Source: the human T2T-CHM13v2.0 reference genome, Homo sapiens. Taken from it: 64,000 bases of DNA. Below are positions 18,834 through 31,802 of the stretch, one piece after another; position 1 is the stretch's first letter, and each line of letters starts with the position of its first letter. The notes below the pieces were generated by a model that was given only the letters and a program-made list of their open reading frames with translations, was not told the DNA's origin and ran no database searches. A program made the translations under genes and the position numbers. The stretch lies in NCBI RefSeq assembly GCF_009914755.1, contig NC_060937.1. One strand, given 5' to 3'.

Positions 18834-18997
18834 TTTTATAGAGGCAGATTCTCACTGTGTTGCTCAGGCTGGGGTGCAGTGGCTATTTGCAGGCATAATT
18901 ATAGCACACTGTAACATCAAACTTCTGGGCTCAAGCAATTCTCTGCCTTAGCCTCACAAGTAGATGGGCCTATAGGCATGCCCCTCTGTGCCTGGCT
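18834..18997 (-). mobile_element. FAM (fossil Alu monomer) inserted in the L1M
   Basis: Monomer containing the 7SL-derived segment GTGCAGTGGCTATTTGCAGGC, which is absent from FLAM/FRAM. Confidence 0.8.
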
Positions 18998-20459
18998 CCA
19001 TTAATTTTTGCTTTGTATATTTAGGTGCATCAATGTTGGATGTATATATATTTATAATTGTTACGCCCTCTTGAGGAATAGAGCCCTCTATCATTAAATA
19101 ATGACCTGTTACGTTTCTTGTGACTTTAAGACAAAGAAATCATTACCTATTTTCTGGTGTCTTTAATTCAAAGTCTATTTTATTTGATATAAGTAGAGTC
19201 ATCCTTGTTCTCATTTGGCTAGGATTTGCATGGAGTATCTTCCATCTCTTCACTTTCAGCCTATTTGTGTCCTTAATGCTAAAGTAGGTCTCTTGTAGCA
19301 GCATATACTCAGATCTTATTTTAGTATTCATTCAACCACTCTATGTATTTTGATGGTAGAATGTAATCCATTTACATTAAAGTAATTATTGATAGATAAG
19401 GGCTTACTACTGGCATTTTGTTAATTGTTTCCTGGTCATTTTGTAGATCTTTTGTTCCTTGCATTCTTTATTGTTCTTTATCTCCGAGATTTGGTTATCT
19501 TCTAGCAGCTTTCCCCACAGAAATCTTGTGAGCTAGGAGAAAATGTGCTGAAAGAGAAAAAGAAAACCTGGCAGCTGAGAATATTATACCCAGCAAAACT
19601 GTCCTTCAGAAATAAAAGAGAAATAAAGCCTCAGACATGTAAAGTTGATGGAAATTATCACCACTGGATGTGCCTTAGAAGAAATGCTTAAGGGAGTCCT
19701 TCAAATAGAAAAAAAAAAGAACACTAATTAATAATATGAAAACACATGGAAGTATAAAAGTTACTAGTAAAGGTAATTATATAGTCAAATCCAGCATACT
19801 CTAATACTGTTATGATGCTCTATCATATATATCTCTAGTATGAAGGCTAAAAAAAAATCAGTCAAAAATAATGACAGTGACAATAAGTGATTAAGAAATA
19901 CATAATATAAAATATGTAAATTGTGAGATCAAAGTATAAATTGTGTGAGGGGAGGGCCTAGAGTTTTTTTATGTGACGGAAGTTACGTTATCAGTGTAAA
20001 GTAGTCTATAATAACTATAAGAAGGTTTATGTAAGCCTCATGGTAACACAAAGTAGAAAACTATAACATACATAAATGGTAAAGAAAAAGGAATAAAAAT
20101 ACAGCACTACATTTGTCTAACAAAGATTTTCTTATATGTGACTCGTTGCTTTTCTCTCACTGCTTTTAAAATTATCTCATCTTTGATTTTGACAATTTAA
20201 TTATAATGTATGTCAGGACCTCTTCAAGTTGAACATGTCTGGAGTCTTTTGAGCCCCATGTATCTGGATGTCCATATCTCTTCCAAGACTTTGGAAGATT
20301 TCAGCATTTTTATTATTAAATAAGCATTCTTTTTCCATCTTTGTCTCTTCTCACGAAATGCCTACAATGCAAATATTTGTTCACTTACTAGTATTTCATA
20401 AGTTTCATAGTTTGTCTTCACTCTTCTTCATTGTTTTCTTTTTTTCTCTTATTGGGTAA

Positions 20460-20537
20460 TTTCAAAAGACCTTTTTCAAGTTAGAGATTCTTTCTTCTTT
20501 TCAAAAGACCTTTTTCAAGTTAGAGATTCTTTCTTCT
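20460..20537. repeat. Perfect 39-bp tandem duplication
   Basis: TTTCAAAAGACCTTTTTCAAGTTAGAGATTCTTTCTTCT twice. Confidence 0.95.
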
Positions 20538-23248
20538 GCTTAATCTAGTCTTCTGTTGAAGCTCTGTGTTTTATTTTTATTTCATTCAATGAATTCTTTA
20601 GCCCCAAGATTTCTGTTTCCTTTTTTTTTATGATATCCATCTCTTTATTAAATTTCTCATTTGATCCTGGATTGTTTTTCTGATATTGTTGAATTGTCTA
20701 TCTGTATTCTCTTGTATGTCAGTGAGTTTCTTACAAATTATTTTTTAATTCATTTTCAGGCAACTCATAAGTTTATTTTTCTTTTGGGTCAATTACTGGA
20801 GAATTATTTTATTCTTTTGATGATATCATGTTCCCTTGCTTTTTCATGTTTCTTGTGTCCCTACACTGATGTCTGTGCATTGGTAGAACAATCATCTCTT
20901 CCAAACTTTATAGAGTGTCCTTCACATGAATGATTTTTATCTGCAGATGGATCTTAATGTACCAGTTGGGAAGGCCATGGTGGCTGATTCTGAGTAGATG
21001 AAGGGGTACAGCTTCCATTCAGCTTCTTCAGCTTTGGTCAATGTTTGTTAGCATGACTATGGGTGGCCTACGCTGCAGAAGTTCGTGGCAGTGGCAGTGT
21101 AGGTTGTTGGGGTGCTTAGTGACAAGGGCTTTGGCAGTTCTCCTTTTCTCATTTTCCCCATAATGTGGAGTTTTAGCTCAGAATGATCCTCTTGGTATCA
21201 GGTCTGACACAGCCCACAAGCTGCTGCAGGAGCTCTGGGCTCCAGAGCACAGGTACTCAGAGCTGCTATAGACTCAAGACCCTGGGGTCAGGTTCTCATA
21301 AAGAGACTTTGCCACCTGGGTCTTGTGGTGCAGCTTCATTCTCCAAGGAAGAATTGGATGTAAAATGTCCAAAAAGCCAAGGACGGTGATTCTGAGGCAC
21401 GCTCTAGAGTAGGGGCCCAAAAAATGGGTTGTAGCTATGAATATGATCCTGTGGGAGAAGGACACAGCACTGGCCCAACTCTAAGGAGGAAGTGGTGTTT
21501 TGGAGGCTTTGTCCTGGGGAGCAGCGTACTATTGCAATAGAACCAATAGAGCAGAGTCCAGCTCAGCTCCCACCATATAGTGCACTCCGTAGTAGTGACT
21601 CTGGCCCCTCAGATGGTGGAACACTGTGGTAATCCCAGACTCTCAGTGGACTAGCCCCCTAGAGTCTGTTGTTTTGCCTGTAGGGCTGGGCTGTCCCAGC
21701 TCCACCTCTGCCCTGTTTTTCAGGTCCTCAGAGTACCATGTCAGCTCAGCCGTGGATGCATGGCTACTCAGCTCAGCCAAGGCATCGGTTTTCTAGAAGG
21801 CAATGTACTGCTTTAGCTCAGGCCGATGGACAAATGCAACAGTTACTGGTAGGGGTAGATGGACCAGCTCTGTGACAAATTGACCTCACGAGGTAGGGCA
21901 TAGTAGCAGACTGGCTTAGTGAAGGCTGGCTATCAGGCAGAGGTAGTTCAGTGGTGACAAGACCTCAGGGATTGACAGATGCTACGACTACTTGCCCTCA
22001 GAGCAAGATGCATTCCAGCAATGGCTCTGAGTTTACAGTGGTGCAGCTCAGTAGCTGTATGGCTCATGGGGGCTAGGACATAGCGTCAGTTCCCTCTTAG
22101 GAGGAACACAGCCATATGGACTCGAGGCAGCTCCCTCAACTGGAATCAGTCCCTATGAAAACTGCAGAAGTCCCCAGTGGTGAGGACTGTAGGTGTCCAA
22201 GGTGGTTATGGGGGCTGCTGGCTTCTTGCTTACCTTTTCCCTGCAAGGAGAAGTTGCTGCTAGTTCTCAGTCGATCCCAACTGGGAGATAGAGTGGTAGA
22301 GGTAGAGTGTTTCCTTCTGTTCTCTAGGTGGCCTTCCTGGGTTTCAGTGCACTATAAAACTATTTTTACATGCTCCAGTGCTCTCTTTTGGTTATTTTCA
22401 TCGAAATGTAATTATTTATTCATGGTTTTGACTGTCTTTGGGGAGGGGATAGGTGCTAGGGGCTTCTCAGTGGCCATTTTGCTGATGTCATTCTCCCCAA
22501 ATTGTCTAATTTTATGGGGAAAGGGTGGAGGTCTTAAGTTTATGTCATTACAATGGATGAGCTAATTTCACTTTTTTCATTTCTAAGCAAAAAAAAGGGA
22601 AATTTGAATTTAATATGTCAAGACTCAGACCACACACTTTGTGAAATATAATTGCAAAAATACCTCCTGGCAAAATTACCAAGCTAGATTTTTAAAGGCC
22701 TTTTTTCCATCAATCTCATATTTCTTCAGAGGGTTTATTTAGTGAATGAGAAATGACTTTATGAGAATGAGATACGATGGACAAGTTGGTGATTTTGTTG
22801 ACAGCAGTGTAGAATAGCCTCATTAGATTAATAAGCTGCCACGTAGAACTCACTGCATAGGTATTTTCCCCATGGTCTTCTTATTGATTTGGGGCCAGAT
22901 GCATGTTGCATACAGCCTGATGAATTTAAGAACAGATTCATGGCTGCTTAATGTGTCCTTCAAAACATCTTTCAAAAGTCATTAAGCCTATAAAATGATA
23001 GGGTTTTTACCCTTGAGGCATCATTCTACAGACAAATAGATTTCAATTTGGATTTTCTTTCTTAATTCGTTGCAAGTTTATATGGAATTCATTAGGCCAA
23101 TACAAGTTTTGTTCTACTAAAAAGAACTCTAAATCTGAAGCCAAAAGCTGTATCTGAAATATAATTCTGATACCTTACAGGTGTGACACGGAGTGAGTGA
23201 CATAACGTATTGGCCCCAATTCCCTCCAATGTAGAGATTGATGTAGCC

Positions 23249-23435
23249 CAGGAGTTCTCAGCATGTGCTGCCAGGACTAGCAGCATTACCATCGCCTGGG
23301 ACCTTGTTAGAAATGCAAATTCTCAGGCCCTGCACCAAGCAATCTGAATTCAAAATTGCATATGTGACCAAGATATCTGTGATTTAACAAGCCTTCCATG
23401 TGTTTTTTACCCATGATAACATTTGAAAAGCACTG
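23249..23435 (+). mobile_element. MER5A (hAT-Charlie)
   Basis: CAGGAGTTCTCA...TTGTTAGAAATGCAAATTCTCAGGCCC...TTTGAAAAGCACTG. Confidence 0.85.
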
Positions 23436-23438
23436 TAC

Positions 23439-23789
23439 TAGGTCAGAAAACCTTTTAAGGGGCCAGATAGTAATATTTTAGGCTGTATGTGCCAGGAAGC
23501 AAAATCAAGGATATTATATAGGTATTTATATAGAAAGAAAATAAATTTTATTAATATAATTTAAATATAATAATAGTAAAGACTTGTTCTGGCAATATAG
23601 GTCTACTAATGAGAAGAATGAAAACCTTTTTAAGGCAGATAGGCTTTGCTGAGTTTGGGCTCAAAGTTAATGTTTCCTATCATCAAATTTATTGCATATG
23701 TTCACCTGTAAAAATCATTCTTAGCTCCTGGGCCATGTAATTTTACTGACAGGCTACATTTGGCCCGTTGGTCATAGTTTGCAATCCAC
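23439..23789. mobile_element. MER58 (MER58D-like) hAT element
   Basis: AAGGGGCCAGATAGTAATATTTTAGGC...GCAAAATCAAGGATATTAT...TTGGCCCGTTGGTCATAGTTTGC. Confidence 0.75.
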
Positions 23790-24854
23790 TATATAGAGAA
23801 TCTCTAAAGCTCTTTCTGTTTCTACCCTTATATGAGTCTACCTGCACCAATGCTAAAGTTCCTTAGCTACCTCTGCTTTTTTCCTCTTTATGCAATATTA
23901 AGAACTCAAATTGCAAAATCCTGACACTGTGTCCTTAACCTAAACCCATCCACCCACCCACCCACACCACCACTGCATGTAGATCTTTCATAAAAACCAA
24001 ACAAAAAGTAACTGAACAACATATAAAGTGAAAAATCTTGTATCTCAGAACTGATTTTTTCAAAATACAGCCAAATAGTAATAATGGTATGACTTTATGG
24101 ATAGACTTTAATTATGATGTAGTGTCTATCACCAATATCCTTCATGAGTTCTTTGTTTTCTGTTGGGGGAAAAGACTTAAAAAGTCAACAATGTTTCAGA
24201 GATTAGCTGAAATAAAACATATCAAAGTCATGAGTTATTTTAAGAAAGATATAAGCAGAAACTTTGTATCCCAGGCAATTAGCTGTTATCAGATTCGGTA
24301 TAAGACATATTAGTCAGACTTCCTTTTATCCATCCAGGTGGGAATACTAGAAACAGATATCTTTTCTAATCAGTTTCCATCTTAAGTCAAAATAGAGAGA
24401 GAGAGAGCACAAATTAGTTGAATAAATTCATTTGCTTTTAAGGGAACTTGCCTCCTGCAATTAATTCAATTGACTAGTTCAATTTCTTTATACATTCATT
24501 AGGGCATTGGTGAGAATATGATTATTCAGTTTTAAACATTGCTTGGGTTCTATTTTCTCTAATTCACTTGAGGCAGAACTATTACAATGCCTCTAGTTGC
24601 TATGTTCCATGCTATGTGAAAGAAGAGTCCAGTATTTCCTCAAAAGTGTGCAAATAATATAATGAACCCACTCTGGGCTGGAGCATATCTATTGTGGGTC
24701 TCGTGCACTTGTGTATCTGGTCAAGAATTGAATCAAGGTCCTTGGAATGAGACAGGAAATTGACTCCATGGGAGAAAGAAGCAGTGAGGCACATTGTTTT
24801 TGTTTGTTTGTTTGTTTTTCTCTGTTAACGGTGTAAATTCAGAAAAATCTTCCA

Positions 24855-25188
<334 letters not shown>

Positions 25189-25374
25189 TCACTTTCTTTT
25201 CGTATTTGCATTTGGACATTGCAGCAAAATCTTCAAGATGTGATAACTTCACATCTCAATCCTTGTATTTCTCTTCACAGAAAGTGAAACTTCACCTCCT
25301 GCAGTCTCTGTTAGTTACACTGTTAGTTACACTGACATACAGACAGGTTTACTCTTTATTCTTTCTCTTTCATT

Positions 25375-25640
25375 TTCTAATGAGGAAAGTACGTACACAA
25401 TGGAATACATGAAGCATATTCGGCTGTACCTCATAATGAATTTTTATGTCTATACCTGAGTGGAACTACCCATCTGTGTCACAAGAGAGAACATTTCCCA
25501 CATTCCACCCAGTTGACACCCACCCTAGATGGAAACACTATTTTGACTTCCATCACTACAAGTTAGATTTGTCTATTTTTAAATTTTTATGGAATCTTTT
25601 GTGTATATCGTTTTGCCCAAAATTGTGCCTGACTAGATTT
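25375..25640 (-). mobile_element. Old L1 (L1ME/L1MC-type) 3' fragment
   Basis: Phrases such as CACTATTTTGACTTCCATCAC...AGATTTGTCTATTTTTAAATTT. Heavily diverged. Confidence 0.5.
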
Positions 25641-26269
25641 GTTCTTAAGTAATACATGTAGAAACACTTTTGGGTCCACAGTGTAAAAACCTAAGTCAGG
25701 TATTTCCCTAGAAAATATGTGAAAACCCTCAATCCAGATAAATGAATGTTAACAAAATGCATTAACCAAATATAAATAGTGAAATGCTACTGTATTTCTT
25801 TTCTGTTTTCTAACATAATTGCAGTTTTTTCATACGTAGAATTTCAAGAACAGATATAACTTTTCAGCTAAAATACAAACTTACAAAATGCATTGTAAGT
25901 TTTGTACTTTTTGGTGATTATTGATATCTTGTAGATTTTAAAACCTACCTGAGTTCAAAATGAATTACTTTAAGCAAATTTATCATTTTCATCTACTTTA
26001 CTTCACACCTTATGAGCCTAATTTTTCAGGGTTCATTAATTCCTGTTCCTCCAGTGGCTGTTATATATTATTTGGATTTCCATGCATGTCATTTTTGCCT
26101 TCTACACTGTGCTCCTTTGAAATTCTTCGTTTTTATCTAATTCATTTCTCTCATTTTTAAGCAATTTTCTACATATAATGTTAATTTAATTTTCCTGCAC
26201 TGGGTTCAAGCATGACATTTTATTGTTCCTTTTACCTGATTTCTCTAATTTTCTTTAAAACAAAATAGA

Positions 26270-26560
26270 ATGAAAAATCTTTCCCCCATAGTCAGTTTCC
26301 CCTGTCCACTCCTTCCTTTCTGTTATTTGCACCATCATTCTGCCAATTCCCGAAGCTGGCCAGTGGGAGTTCTTTGACTCTCTTCCCCCTGTCTTGCCAC
26401 TGCTGCTCATAATTCATATTCTCATCACCAGAACCCTGACTGCACTTATGATCTAATATGCCTGCCTGGTCCACCCTCTCCCAGCTGCAATTTATCTACT
26501 ATCTTCTCCCTAAACCTCTGATGGCATCAGGCAAGTCATCTGCTGAACAACTTAAATCAG
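26270..26560 (+). mobile_element. L2 fragment
   Basis: Pyrimidine-rich L2-like text (GCACCATCATTCTGCCAATTCCCGAAGC...CTTTGACTCTC). Confidence 0.45.
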
Positions 26561-27111
26561 TATTTCTCCAACGTCGAGGATATGTGAATCCATTTTAAAG
26601 GGAAAAACATCCCATAGATCACCCGTGCTGACTTAAATTAGTTTCATTGTAGTATCATATAAATAAGTACGAACATAAGCCTATTCATAAAATCTTTCTT
26701 CTTACAGATTGTATATAACTATAAAATCAAATGGATTGTAATTAATACTAACAATGTAATGAAACTAATATCACTCAAGTGAATAAGATGGATGAAAATA
26801 AATCCCCACCCACTATGTGAATATTGTATTAATTGCTACTTTTTGTGCACTGGCAAGCTTAAGAAAAGTGCTGGGAAGGTTGCATCATTTCATGGACTAG
26901 AATATTATGGCAGGACTATAAATTATGCCATGTTCTGTAAGATGATGCAATCCTCCCAACACTTTTCTTCATTCAAAATATTCCAAAACATTCATGCTTT
27001 CTATATACTGCAATGTCATTTGTCTTCCCTGGTTTCAAATGCATCATTTATTTCTTAAGTCCACCTGTGTTTTTTTTTTTCTCATTAGTTCATTAAAATT
27101 AAAGCAGCGTT

Positions 27112-27263
27112 GGCTGGGCCTGGTGGATAACACCTACAATCCCAGCACTTTGGGAGACTAAGGAAGGAAAAGAAGGGGGATTGTCTGAGCCCAAGAGTTC
27201 GAGACCAACCTGGGCAACATGGTGAGCTCCACCTCACCCCTGTCTCTATTTTAAAAAAGAAAG
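27112..27263 (+). mobile_element. FLAM_C-like Alu left monomer
   Basis: Monomer with tail. 16-bp TSD AAAATTAAAGCAG(C/T)GT (27095-27110 / 27264-27279). Confidence 0.9.
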
Positions 27264-27796
27264 AAAATTAAAGCAGTGTGACCTGATTACCATGCAATGA
27301 ATGATAAACACAACATAAGTGAAATAATCCTGGTGTTTGCAGGTAGGAGACTGCCATCCAGATGTCAGAGAATGTATTTACATTATTTTATAGATTATTA
27401 TTTAAATGAAAACCCCAAAGGTGATAGATATGTCTAAAAGTACATCACAGGACCTCAGCTTAAACAACTGAGCTAAATGACAGTTTACTGCCCATTAATT
27501 CATACTCAGATAATCAGGTAGACCTTGTTTATATGTTTGTCCTGTCTCATAACTAGATTTTAATTTTCTAAAAGGCAGAAGCAGATCTTAAACTCCTTTG
27601 TGCTTTCACATCCTAGCCCAAGACCTTGTACATATAACCTCCACTAAAATTCCCCATCAGTTGATTACTGAGTTAATGAATACCTTTCATTGCATGTTCC
27701 CTGTTTTCTATTTTCCCCTATAGTCAGCACTGTTCCCCAATGGCTTATTCCTTTCCTTTTCCTTACCCCAAAACCTCTCCACCTTAAAAAATGCAC

Positions 27797-28100
27797 AGCC
27801 AGGAGTGTTGGCCCATGCCTGTAATCCCAGCACTTTAGGAGGCTGAGGCAGGAGAATTACTTGAGCCCATGAGTTCAAGACCAGCCTGGGCAATATAGGC
27901 AGTCCCTATCTCTAAAAGATATCAAAAAATTAGTTGGGGGTGGTGGCTCCTGCCTGTCATCCAAGCTACTCAAGAGACTGAGGTGGGAGAACATTCTTGA
28001 GCCTGGGAGGTGGAGGCTGCAGTGAGCCATGATGGCACCACTGTACTCCAGCCTGGGTGACCTAGTGAGACCCTGTCTCAAAAAAAAAAAAAAAAAAAAA
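27797..28100 (+). mobile_element. AluJ
   Basis: Dimer with J-type features (TTGAGCCC, GAGGCTGCAGTGAGCCATGAT, GAGACCCTGTCTC) and an A-tail. Confidence 0.93.
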
Positions 28101-28269
28101 GCACCAAAAACATGCTTACAACCACAACTTCATTCACATCCATTTAAAGTAACTTCTCTGCTGACTGTATCACTATGTCTTATATCTCTTAGCTGACCTT
28201 CTTTTATCTTGTGTTTCTTTGTTGAGATTTCCTATGTTTTACATTTGCCCCATGCATGTTTGCAGTTGC

Positions 28270-28930
28270 TGTTTGAAGCATTTTTAGGATGGCTGCTGTA
28301 AAATCTTTGCTCTAAAACATCTTTGTCATCTTGTTGTTGGCATCTATTTATTGTCTTTAAGTTGGACATCTTCCTCTCCAACTTAGTTTAATGAGTGGTT
28401 TTCAGCTGAAACCCGGACATTTGGGGTATTATGTGTAAGGGACTCCAGATATTATTTCAACCTTCCGTTTTAGCTGATTTCCACAGACTCCATTACTGCA
28501 GGCTATGGGAGAGCACCACCTAATGCCTGCGAGGTGTGGATAAAAGTCTGGATTCCCCACTTGACCTCTGCTGATATTCATGGGGAAGATACTCCTCATT
28601 ATTTATGGTAGAAGTGGTAGTTCTATTTCCCCCTACCTCTCCACTGACACGAGGATATGGGAGGTGTCCTTACCTCTGGGTGGTGGTAAAAGTCCTGACT
28701 CTCCACAAGCCTAGTGGGAAGAGAAGAAATGCCTCACATACTGCCGAGTGGGTGGGGGCTGGACTCTCCCTGTGATCTCCTGACAACAGAGTGAGACCTC
28801 ATTACAGCCTGTCAGGGATAAAAGTCTGTCCCTTTACTTCACCTTCTCTAACACCATCCTGTTGGGGAGTGAGAAGAGCTTCCTTGCAGCCTGTTGGGGC
28901 TAAGTCTAGGCTCACCACTTGGCTTTGGGG
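28270..28930 (-). mobile_element. Old L1M (L1MC4-like) 5' region
   Basis: GATGGCTGCTGTAAAATCTTTG...TGAAACCCGGACATTTGGGGTATTATG and repeated AAAGTC/GGATTCCCCACTTGACCTC motifs. Confidence 0.6.
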
Positions 28931-29022
28931 CATTACTCATGCTACCCATCTCAAGAAATAGGATCTAGACTTCTGGCCTACTCTATTTTTCAAAAGATCT
29001 TCCTTTATTATCCAGTTTTTCT

Positions 29023-29308
29023 TTCGAGACAGAGTCTCGCTCTGTCGCCCAGGCTGGAGTCCAGTGGCGTGATTTCGGCTCACTGCAACCTCCGCCCCTC
29101 CAGGTTTAAGCAATTCTATGCCTCAGTCTCCGGAGTAGCTGGGATTACAGGCGCCTGCCACCATGCCCGGCTAATTTTTTTGCATTTTTAGTAGAGATGG
29201 GGTTTCACCATCTTAGCCAGGCTGGTCTTGAACTCCTGACCTCGTGATCCACCTGCCTCGGCCTCCCAAAGTGCTGGGATTACAGGTGTGAGCCACTGTG
29301 CCCCGCCC
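29023..29308 (-). mobile_element. AluS (Sg-like), almost tail-less
   Basis: Full antisense dimer. Perfect 15-bp TSD TTATCCAGTTTTTCT (29008-29022 / 29309-29323). Confidence 0.95.
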
Positions 29309-29389
29309 TTATCCAGTTTTTCTAAGGAGTTAATTATCACAAAGATACCTCTAGACGACAATTTTGCAGTGCTTATTCAACCATATTTA

Positions 29390-30452
29390 CCTCTCCACCT
29401 AAATGTATTTCTTGGAGATCTCATCAAACCCCATACCTACAAACACCATCTGTATTTCTTACAATCCGTAAATTTATAGCTCCAGCTTCAGCCTCTCTCC
29501 TGAAGTTCAATCTTACATATATTATGCTTACCTGACATCTCCATTTTGATATCTAATAAATAGGAAAATCAAATTTCATTCTATCCCACCTCAACTAAGG
29601 CCTTAAATCTTTTTTTTAACTTCCAATTTCCTCACTCAGAAAACAAGTTCATTCTTTCAGAAACTCATCTCCAAAATAATGAATTCCCCCTTTTCTTTCA
29701 CACACTGAATTAATCCAACAGAAAATCCTGTAGACACAAATTTCAAGATACATTCATAACCATTTTTTAAAACATCCACAGCTGCCACCCTAGTCTCGGT
29801 CACTATTATGTCTCACCTGGGCCCCTGAAATAGCCTCCCACTTCCCTGATTCCAACCTTGTTTTCTAGGCCCAGAGTCTCTTCCCAGAAATGCTACAGTG
29901 ATTCATTTATGATGGAAGGCAAGGCATGATAATCCTCTACTCAGAAATTTCCAACGTCATCTCACTTTATACACAGGGATATAAAGAGTTCTGCTTTAAT
30001 TCCTAACCCTGTTCATCTTACTCAGATTGTTCCACCCAGTTGGCCTCCCTGCAGCTCTAAGGCCAAGCCAAACACTCTCTAACCATGGGGCCTTTGCACT
30101 TGCTGCTCTGTACATGTACAAAGCTCTTCTCCCAGATATCCTGGTGTTATTTTTGGTTCAATTTCCTCCTCAATTGTCACCTTGTCAGAGAGGACTTCCC
30201 TGACTTTCTATCCCATTTTAGTATTCTTCCAATGTCATTTCTTTATCATTCACCCTGTTTTACTTTTGTTCATAGCCTTTACCACTACCTGTCATAGAGT
30301 AGTTTGCTTATTCGTTGATTCTGACTTTCTCCATGGAAAGGAAGCTCCATGAGAATGTGGGCTTTCTTTTGTTCTCTGCTGTATTTCCAATGCCTAAAGA
30401 GTTAGTGATACACAGTAAGCAGTAAGTGCTTGATAAATATCTGTTGATAAAT
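29390..30452 (+). mobile_element. L2a 3' portion
   Basis: CTCCAGCTTCAGCCTCTCTCCTGAAGTTCA, GGGCCTTTGCACTTGCTG and the L2 terminus TGCTTGATAAATATCTGTTGA. Confidence 0.8.
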
Positions 30453-31456
30453 TCAATTCAAAAATATTTCTTATCACAGTTAAGAATTTCTTTTCCTGGT
30501 TGACATATACTCTGCCAAATAGAGTTCAGATAAAATCAAAGATATATATTTCACATACAATATTTTATTTATTATTATTATTTTTCCCTAAGTAAGCATG
30601 TGCTTAAACTAGTACCAAAATATAATAAGAAAACTAGTAATAGTAATTCCTGTTAAAAGTTGGTGCATTCAGAACTTGGTATAGCCATATTCCTTTTTCC
30701 GATAATAAAATTTCCAAGTTCTTTTCAATAAAATGCCAAAAATAGAGATCCTTCATTGTAATACCCTTCCTGATAACTGATATACAAAAGAAACACAAAA
30801 CAGTAGCATTTTTCCAGAATTTAGTATAATATATTGCTTCTGAAATAAATACACATTCTCTTTAATACTTACTATCAGCTTACATGTTTTAATGGTAGGG
30901 CTTATGTCCTATATCCACTTCCATCTCACTGTGAACTAATAATCTCATAATGGCAGGTGGAGGTGCTACTCTAGAAGCTCCTAGAATTTGAGAAATGAGT
31001 ATGTATTACTTTTTTTTTAGATTGACTGAAATCTTTCTGCAAATTTCTGCTGGCTGAACATGACTGAAATCTATTTCCTAAACTGGAGTTCACTCTCCTC
31101 ATGATGAATTCAGAAAAATAATTGGGCACCTGAATAAAGGATTTCTTCTACTGAGATTTTCAGACATATCCAATGATTATCTATATCTTTGTCAGACTAA
31201 AATTCACCAGATGACGTAAATGAAATTCACAAATATTATTTTTCAGAAAAACAATATAAAGTATCTTCCACACTTATAAATGTATTATACCAGCTTATTA
31301 GGCCTTCTAATTGTCTTAGGAAAATTGCAACGATGTACTAACTAGTTTTCTTGCCACTTGACTATCTAATCACCCTCCAAACTGTCTTCCATTCTCTCTT
31401 TGTAAGAGTATTCCTTGATCTTGAATTTCATCTGTTGAAAATATTCCTAAAGCTTT

Positions 31457-31802
31457 TGTATTAGTTGGTTCTCAAGCTTCTAATAAAGACATACCCAAGA
31501 CTGGGTAATTTAGAAAGAAAAGAAGTTTAATGAACTCACAGTTCCACATGTCTGAGGAGGCCTCACCATCATGGTGGAAGGCAAAGGAGGAGCAAAATCA
31601 TGTCTTACATGGCAGCAGACAAGAGAGCATGTGCAGGGGAACTCCCATTTATAAAACCATCAGATCTCATGAGACTTATTCACTATCACAAGAACAGCAC
31701 AAGAGAAACCTGCCTGCATGATTCAATTACCTCCCACCACATGTGGGGATTATTATAATTCAAGGTGAGATTTGGGTGCGGACAAAGAGCCAAACCATAT
31801 CA
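31457..31802 (-). mobile_element. THE1 (B/C-like) solo LTR, ERVL-MaLR
   Basis: TGTATTAG...CCAAACCATATCA with 5-bp TSD GCTTT on both sides. Confidence 0.93.

Larger units (their letters stand above)
16430..22497 (-). mobile_element. Old L1M element retaining its 5' end but lacking its 3' end, with an internal inversion at 19503-20109
   Basis: Antisense ORF2 relics ([40 protein letters not shown]) and ORF1 relics near 20100-20450. The 5' terminus reads GGAGAATGACATCAGCAAAATGGC on the minus strand. Confidence 0.85.

Noticed and set aside
22116-22565. 149-aa plus-strand ORF
   Set aside because: It lies antisense in the GC-richer 5' UTR of the old L1M and resembles no protein I recognise.
25874-25906. 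Imperfect hairpin TACAAACTTACAA...TTGTAAGTTTTGTA
   Set aside because: Too short and AT-rich for a miRNA precursor or MITE call.
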